A DNA stretch of 29,924 nucleotides. Source: a virus (lineage: Duplodnaviria > Caudoviricetes). The stretch lies in IMG/VR virus record IMGVR_UViG_3300037863_000154, positions 1 to 29,924 of that record; one strand, written 5' to 3'. Below are positions 26,536 through 29,924 of this stretch, piece after piece (position 1 is the first letter of the stretch; each line of letters starts with the position of its first letter). The notes beneath the pieces are model-generated. The model was not told where the DNA came from and did no database searches. It saw only the letters and a list, made by a program, of their open reading frames with translations. Made by a program: the position numbers and the translations under genes.

Positions 26536-26544
26536 AGAGTTAGA

Positions 26545-26691
26545 CTACTTTACAGTAGTCCAACGGTCTTGACCATCAACGGTCAAGAGGACTCGGCTAG
26601 TGCCGTTAGAGTTCTGGACGATTTCCTGAACAATGCCAGTAACGCCAGACTTCTGAGTCGTGAACTGTGAGCCAACAGTGATGTTTTCCAT
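26545..26691 (-). CDS. 48-aa small beta-barrel-like protein
   Basis: MENITVGSQFTTQKSGVTGIVQEI...RWTTVK. RBS AAGGAAG and upstream TTGACA-N17-GATACT. Confidence 0.7.
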   Translation of the reverse strand: MENITVGSQFTTQKSGVTGIVQEIVQNSNGTSRVLLTVDGQDRWTTVK

Positions 26692-26853
26692 ATTTGCTTC
26701 CTTGCTTTATTTACCAGGCGATTTGCTTGATAAATCAAGTATCCCATAGATTATGCCTGGTGTCAAGTCCAAAACGGTAACGATTTGGACAAAGTTTTCT
26801 AAAGTTTATTGTAGGAATCCTACAGCCCGTGCGCGCACCCCGATCACCCCCCC

Positions 26854-27186
26854 CTAAGAGAGGACGTCCAGGGCTTGAGAGTTAGCACAATCCCAGATAG
26901 CAATTTGCCTAAACCCTCTACCAACTAGCAAGGCTTCATCTTTATCTCTAATGTGATAAGACCTGTCAATATAATACACTTCTTTATTTTGCCAGACACC
27001 CACTACCTCTCCATCTTCTATGTCCATTAGTTGTAGGGCAGAGATAGTTCCTTGTGCGTCTAGTTCTCCGTGTACGGATACCCCAGTTTCATCAGACACC
27101 CAATAGCCATCAGTCATATTGATTTGACTTGTGAGCATTGGGATACCCTCAGCGTCAAGGCGAACGGTATAAGTTCCGTCTTTCAT
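26854..27186 (-). CDS. Hypothetical phage protein
   Basis: VGVW...YID..ALLVGR..RQIAIWD motif. Confidence 0.7.
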   Translation of the reverse strand: MKDGTYTVRLDAEGIPMLTSQINMTDGYWVSDETGVSVHGELDAQGTISALQLMDIEDGEVVGVWQNKEVYYIDRSYHIRDKDEALLVGRGFRQIAIWDCANSQALDVLS

Positions 27187-27329
27187 TTGCTCATCAACAG
27201 TCTGGTTACATCAACAACTTTGATAGCGTCTGTATGAGTAACTAGGTATTCTGCCGTTTTTAGATTTTGGCAAGGCTTCAGGCTACCGTCGGGGTATTCG
27301 ACATACCAGGTGTCAATTAGATAAGTCAT
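27183..27329 (-). CDS. Hypothetical protein
   Basis: Start MTYLIDTW, coupled to neighbours on both sides. Confidence 0.6.
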   Translation of the reverse strand: MTYLIDTWYVEYPDGSLKPCQNLKTAEYLVTHTDAIKVVDVTRLLMSK

Positions 27330-27604
27330 TAGTCTAACTCGCTTTCGATAATCCAGGTTTCTAGGTGGTGTTGCTCTACTATAGCATGAACGGGTGACAC
27401 TGCTTGTCCCTTCCACAATATCCCTTCGGGTAGCGAAACAAGACTATCCCATTCTCCATCATTAGCCAGGTCAATAGCCTCGATACAGGTTGGCACCATA
27501 ATTGCGGGTACGGGTGGATAGTGATTACTAGTCAAGTGAACTAGAATCTGCTCTTCTAGGCTAATACCAATTTCGGTCAGCCCCTCTGCCCACGCTCTTC
27601 CCAT
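27329..27604 (-). CDS. Conserved phage hypothetical protein
   Basis: HLTSNHYPPVP..MVPTCIEAI..AIVEQHHLETW motif. Confidence 0.78.
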   Translation of the reverse strand: MGRAWAEGLTEIGISLEEQILVHLTSNHYPPVPAIMVPTCIEAIDLANDGEWDSLVSLPEGILWKGQAVSPVHAIVEQHHLETWIIESELD

Positions 27605-27729
27605 TAGCCAATCACCTCAATAGGGTCGCCATCCCAGCCATCAAGGACTTCATAGAATTCCCAAGCCGATATAATTCCGTCCTCATAATCCTGTTTTGCT
27701 TCCAATACTGCTTCATTGTCGTAGTACAT
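27604..27729 (-). CDS. 41-aa acidic peptide
   Basis: MYYDNEAVLEAK..., TAATG-coupled on both sides. Confidence 0.6.
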   Translation of the reverse strand: MYYDNEAVLEAKQDYEDGIISAWEFYEVLDGWDGDPIEVIG

Positions 27730-27887
27730 TATTTGCTCTCCTTGCTCTCGTTGATATCTTTATCTTTACTTGCTTGTCGAGTCCTAGACCGTTTGGTGCG
27801 ACTGTCCTCGTGGGGGGTAGTGGCGTTGCTACGCCTTATCTCTCTCATAGCCTCAATATAAGGCTTGTTCTCATTTCCCTTGTTCAT
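27729..27887 (-). CDS. 52-aa basic peptide
   Basis: MNKGNENKPYIEAMREIRRSNATTPH..., leaderless from the motif promoter at 27906. Confidence 0.6.
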   Translation of the reverse strand: MNKGNENKPYIEAMREIRRSNATTPHEDSRTKRSRTRQASKDKDINESKESK

Positions 27888-27984
27888 AACTACAACCTAT
27901 CACTAACCACTGACACTACCTAATTGAAACACGGCGTGTCGTAAAATTAATTATAACATTTTGGTAAACAGGTGCGCGCAGCGC

Positions 27985-28176
27985 CTATGCGCCAGCCAGC
28001 ATTTCCTTCATGTCTTCCTCCCAATGCTCTGCCATAGCGTAGTAGACAGCCTCTTCGTTCATGGCGTCTTCCTCCTGTACACAGGCACCGCACCAGGGCT
28101 CGCCACCGTTGCGACGCTCAAAGTCGGTGGTTGGGTAGTGGCAAATGAAGCAAACCTCAAAATTGTACTCAATCAT
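27985..28176 (-). CDS. Small zinc-finger protein
   Basis: CFIC...CGAC. RBS GAAAGGG and the promoter at 28217. Confidence 0.65.
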   Translation of the reverse strand: MIEYNFEVCFICHYPTTDFERRNGGEPWCGACVQEEDAMNEEAVYYAMAEHWEEDMKEMLAGA

Positions 28177-28357
28177 TAGATGCCCTTTCGTTGTTGATAA
28201 TATAAACATATCATGAACCACTGACACTCACGGCTCAACACGTCGTAAAGTGTAAAAGTTTGTGCGATTTTTTTTGCTATCTTCTTAAATGACTTCGTAA
28301 ATAGATCTGTTACAATTGTTGACCCAAAAAGTTTGCGCGCATATGTCTCGTGCGCGC

Positions 28358-28373
28358 ATGCCCCGAAGGGCAT
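28358..28373 (-). terminator. UUCG-capped stem-loop
   Basis: ATGCCC-TTCG-GGGCAT on the - strand, just after the stop codon at 28378. Confidence 0.55.
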
Positions 28374-28377
28374 ACGA

Positions 28378-28602
28378 CTAGGCTATAGCCACATGGGAGA
28401 GAGCAGATTTTGGTTGGTATTCTACTTTAGGAATATCTATCCCACAAGCCTCAAAGAAACGGGTATTGTCAAAGCGGTCATTATCCTTTTTCATCATCAG
28501 GGCAAAGTCACGAACTAGGTCGAGATATTCCTCAGGTGGCATTACCTCAGCATAGTCGCTAAGGATTTCGGATACGGCTACATAGTCTTTTCTTGTCATC
28601 AT
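28378..28602 (-). CDS. Conserved phage hypothetical protein
   Basis: MTRKDY...DNDRFDNTRFFEACG motif. Confidence 0.78.
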   Translation of the reverse strand: MMTRKDYVAVSEILSDYAEVMPPEEYLDLVRDFALMMKKDNDRFDNTRFFEACGIDIPKVEYQPKSALSHVAIA

Positions 28603-28787
28603 TAGATTAGTTCCTTTTCTTCTAGGTGTGCTCTTACCTCAGTGAGTGCTTGGGTATATAGTCTTTCGATAGTTTCGTCTGACAAGTTAGCGAACATGGT
28701 TCCTACCAGGATATTTACACCATACTCACCAAAAGCCACCTCATAGGCTTGGCGCAATTCTGTAACCGTTGGGTTATATTTATACAT
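28602..28787 (-). CDS. Hypothetical protein
   Basis: Start MYKYNP after RBS GAAAGGA. Confidence 0.65.
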   Translation of the reverse strand: MYKYNPTVTELRQAYEVAFGEYGVNILVGTMFANLSDETIERLYTQALTEVRAHLEEKELI

Positions 28788-29055
28788 TAGTTTTCCTTTC
28801 GTTGTTGTTTTTAGTTTAGCACCTACCACTGACACTAGTTCCATTCCCAGGCGAGCATGCAGATTTCACACTCTAACTGATAGAACTTAGCCAATGGGTT
28901 TTCCGCAAGTGAGGTGAGCATAGCGACATGGAGAGTTTCCTCACCACACTCATCACAGAACTGAGTGACATCTTCCATAGGGGAGAGGGGGAGTGTTACT
29001 GACATTAGTTTTCCTTTCGTTGATGTTTTTATTTTAGCAGGTACCACTGACACTA
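28785..29055 (-). repeat. 53-bp direct repeat of promoter, RBS and ATG
   Basis: 28785-28837 versus 29003-29055, 49/53 identical. Confidence 0.93.
28835..29005 (-). CDS. Small zinc-ribbon protein
   Basis: CDECGEETLH...ECEIC. Confidence 0.7.
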   Translation of the reverse strand: MSVTLPLSPMEDVTQFCDECGEETLHVAMLTSLAENPLAKFYQLECEICMLAWEWN

Positions 29056-29316
29056 AAGGCTAGCCTTAGCCCTTAGTTCAGCATTCTTAGCCCTTAGTTC
29101 AGCATTCCTAGCCCTGTTATAGTCTAGGTAGTCATCACACTTGCTAAACTTGCCTAAGACATTCATTCCGCAATTATCACAACGCAATACCTCACCATCC
29201 ATATCGGTGGAGAAATAGGTGTGAAAGCCCTTGCCCTCGAACTGAGCATTCCAGGCTTCCTCAGCCTCACGTTCCTCTTGGTCAATCAGGGCTAGCAGTT
29301 CATCTTGGTTATACAT
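29053..29316 (-). CDS. Hypothetical protein with CxxC and a duplicated NAELRAK
   Basis: RBS GAAAGGA, promoter at 29353, internal 21-nt repeat. Confidence 0.7.
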   Translation of the reverse strand: MYNQDELLALIDQEEREAEEAWNAQFEGKGFHTYFSTDMDGEVLRCDNCGMNVLGKFSKCDDYLDYNRARNAELRAKNAELRAKASL

Positions 29317-29397
29317 AGTTTTCCTTTCTTTATATAACTAACAATACCATGAACCACTGACATTACCTAACCGACACGCCGTAAACGGCGAAAATAG

Positions 29398-29592
29398 TTA
29401 TCCACAGATTTGAGCTAGTTTACCTTTTACACCCATTCTAGTTTACCTTTTACACCCATTCTAGTTTACCTTTTACACCCATTCTAGTTTACCTTTTACA
29501 CGATTTTTTTGGATCTTCTTAACCTGTTTCTTAAAGTGCTTCGTAAAAGGTTATTGGGGGCAGGGTCAAAAGTTATACACAGGTTATCCACA
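29398..29592 (+). promoter_or_regulatory. Three DnaA boxes
   Basis: TTATCCACA at 29398 and 29584, TTATACACA at 29573. Confidence 0.7.
29415..29501 (+). repeat. Tandem repeat (CTAGTTTACCTTTTACACCCATT) x3.8
   Basis: Perfect 23-bp units at 29415, 29438 and 29461, plus an 18-bp partial unit. Confidence 0.97.
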
Positions 29593-29638
29593 GGCGTGCG
29601 CGCCCGATTTCTCGGGGTATGTCAAACCGACACGCCGA

Positions 29639-29800
29639 CTAGTCTTCCATGTCCTCATATTCGCTAACCCCAATACGATAGGCGATAGGGTCGCACTCTT
29701 TGAGAATCTGCGAGGGGTAGAAAGTCAATTCCCCAATTTTTACAACGGGGTAGCATTCGTCTAACATCTCATCAAACATATCTTCTACTGTGCTAACCAT
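29639..29800 (-). CDS. Conserved phage hypothetical protein (53 aa)
   Basis: FDEMLDECYPVVKIG..YPSQILKECDPIAYR. Confidence 0.7.
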   Translation of the reverse strand: MVSTVEDMFDEMLDECYPVVKIGELTFYPSQILKECDPIAYRIGVSEYEDMED

Positions 29801-29924
29801 TAGGATACCACCTCAAAATCTAGGATTTCACCCTCAGAGATTAGTTGACCATATTTGGCCAACACTGAGGTGCGAGCAAACTCGCTGAATGACTTGATGA
29901 CTTGAGAGCCATCTAGGTTAGTTA
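29800..29924 (-). CDS. Hypothetical protein, 5'-truncated
   Basis: Open frame from the window end, TAATG-coupled to the next gene. Confidence 0.5.
   Translation of the reverse strand, partial: TNLDGSQVIKSFSEFARTSVLAKYGQLISEGEILDFEVVS

Larger units (their letters stand above)
22196..29362 (-). promoter_or_regulatory. Dispersed promoter family TGTCAGTGGT-N3-TGN-TANNNT (11 copies)
   Basis: ACCACTGACA on + at 22208, 22728, 23496, 24718, 25799, 27906, 28217, 28825, 29043 and 29353, with variant ACCTCTGACA at 26484. All lie exactly 6 nt from a -10 hexamer. Confidence 0.88.

Noticed and set aside
28177-29053. Shared MSVV/VSVV N-termini of ORFs starting at 28227, 28844 and 29053 as a protein motif
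   Set aside because: These are translations of the TGTCAGTGGT promoter and leader. The real starts follow the RBS.
29415-29501. 23-bp repeats as a CRISPR array
   Set aside because: The units are directly adjacent with no spacers, and no cas genes are present.
1-29924. Alternative genetic code
   Set aside because: Recognisable genes are intact under the standard code, TAA, TAG and TGA are all used as stops, and no clear suppressor tRNA is present.

Overview
Bases 1-824 are the 3' part of a GC-rich (about 60% by eye) actinobacterial glyA. From about base 830 the sequence becomes AT-rich (about 40% GC) and looks like a large tailed phage of Actinobacteria (WhiB, NrdH, r1t-type holin, many leaderless genes). 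The left arm (+) carries a tRNA-like element, tRNA(CAU), thyX, nrdH, glycine-rich virion genes, an M23 endolysin with holins, an FmdB zinc ribbon, a deaminase, WhiB, a candidate sRNA, a probable head-associated multidomain protein and glycosyltransferases. Blocks of small genes follow, then a ~1 kb repeat-rich non-coding region with DnaA boxes at 19.36-20.34 kb. The last 10 kb (- strand) is an array of short gene modules punctuated by recurring elements: an 11-copy promoter TGTCAGTGGT-N3-TGN-TANNNT, a 4-copy covarying H-type RNA pseudoknot, 11 TGCGCGC(A) palindromes, a polar 28-bp element and GACACGCCG boxes. This punctuation system and the glyA-thyX pairing are the most interesting features. 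All family calls come from motif recognition by eye, not from database searches.
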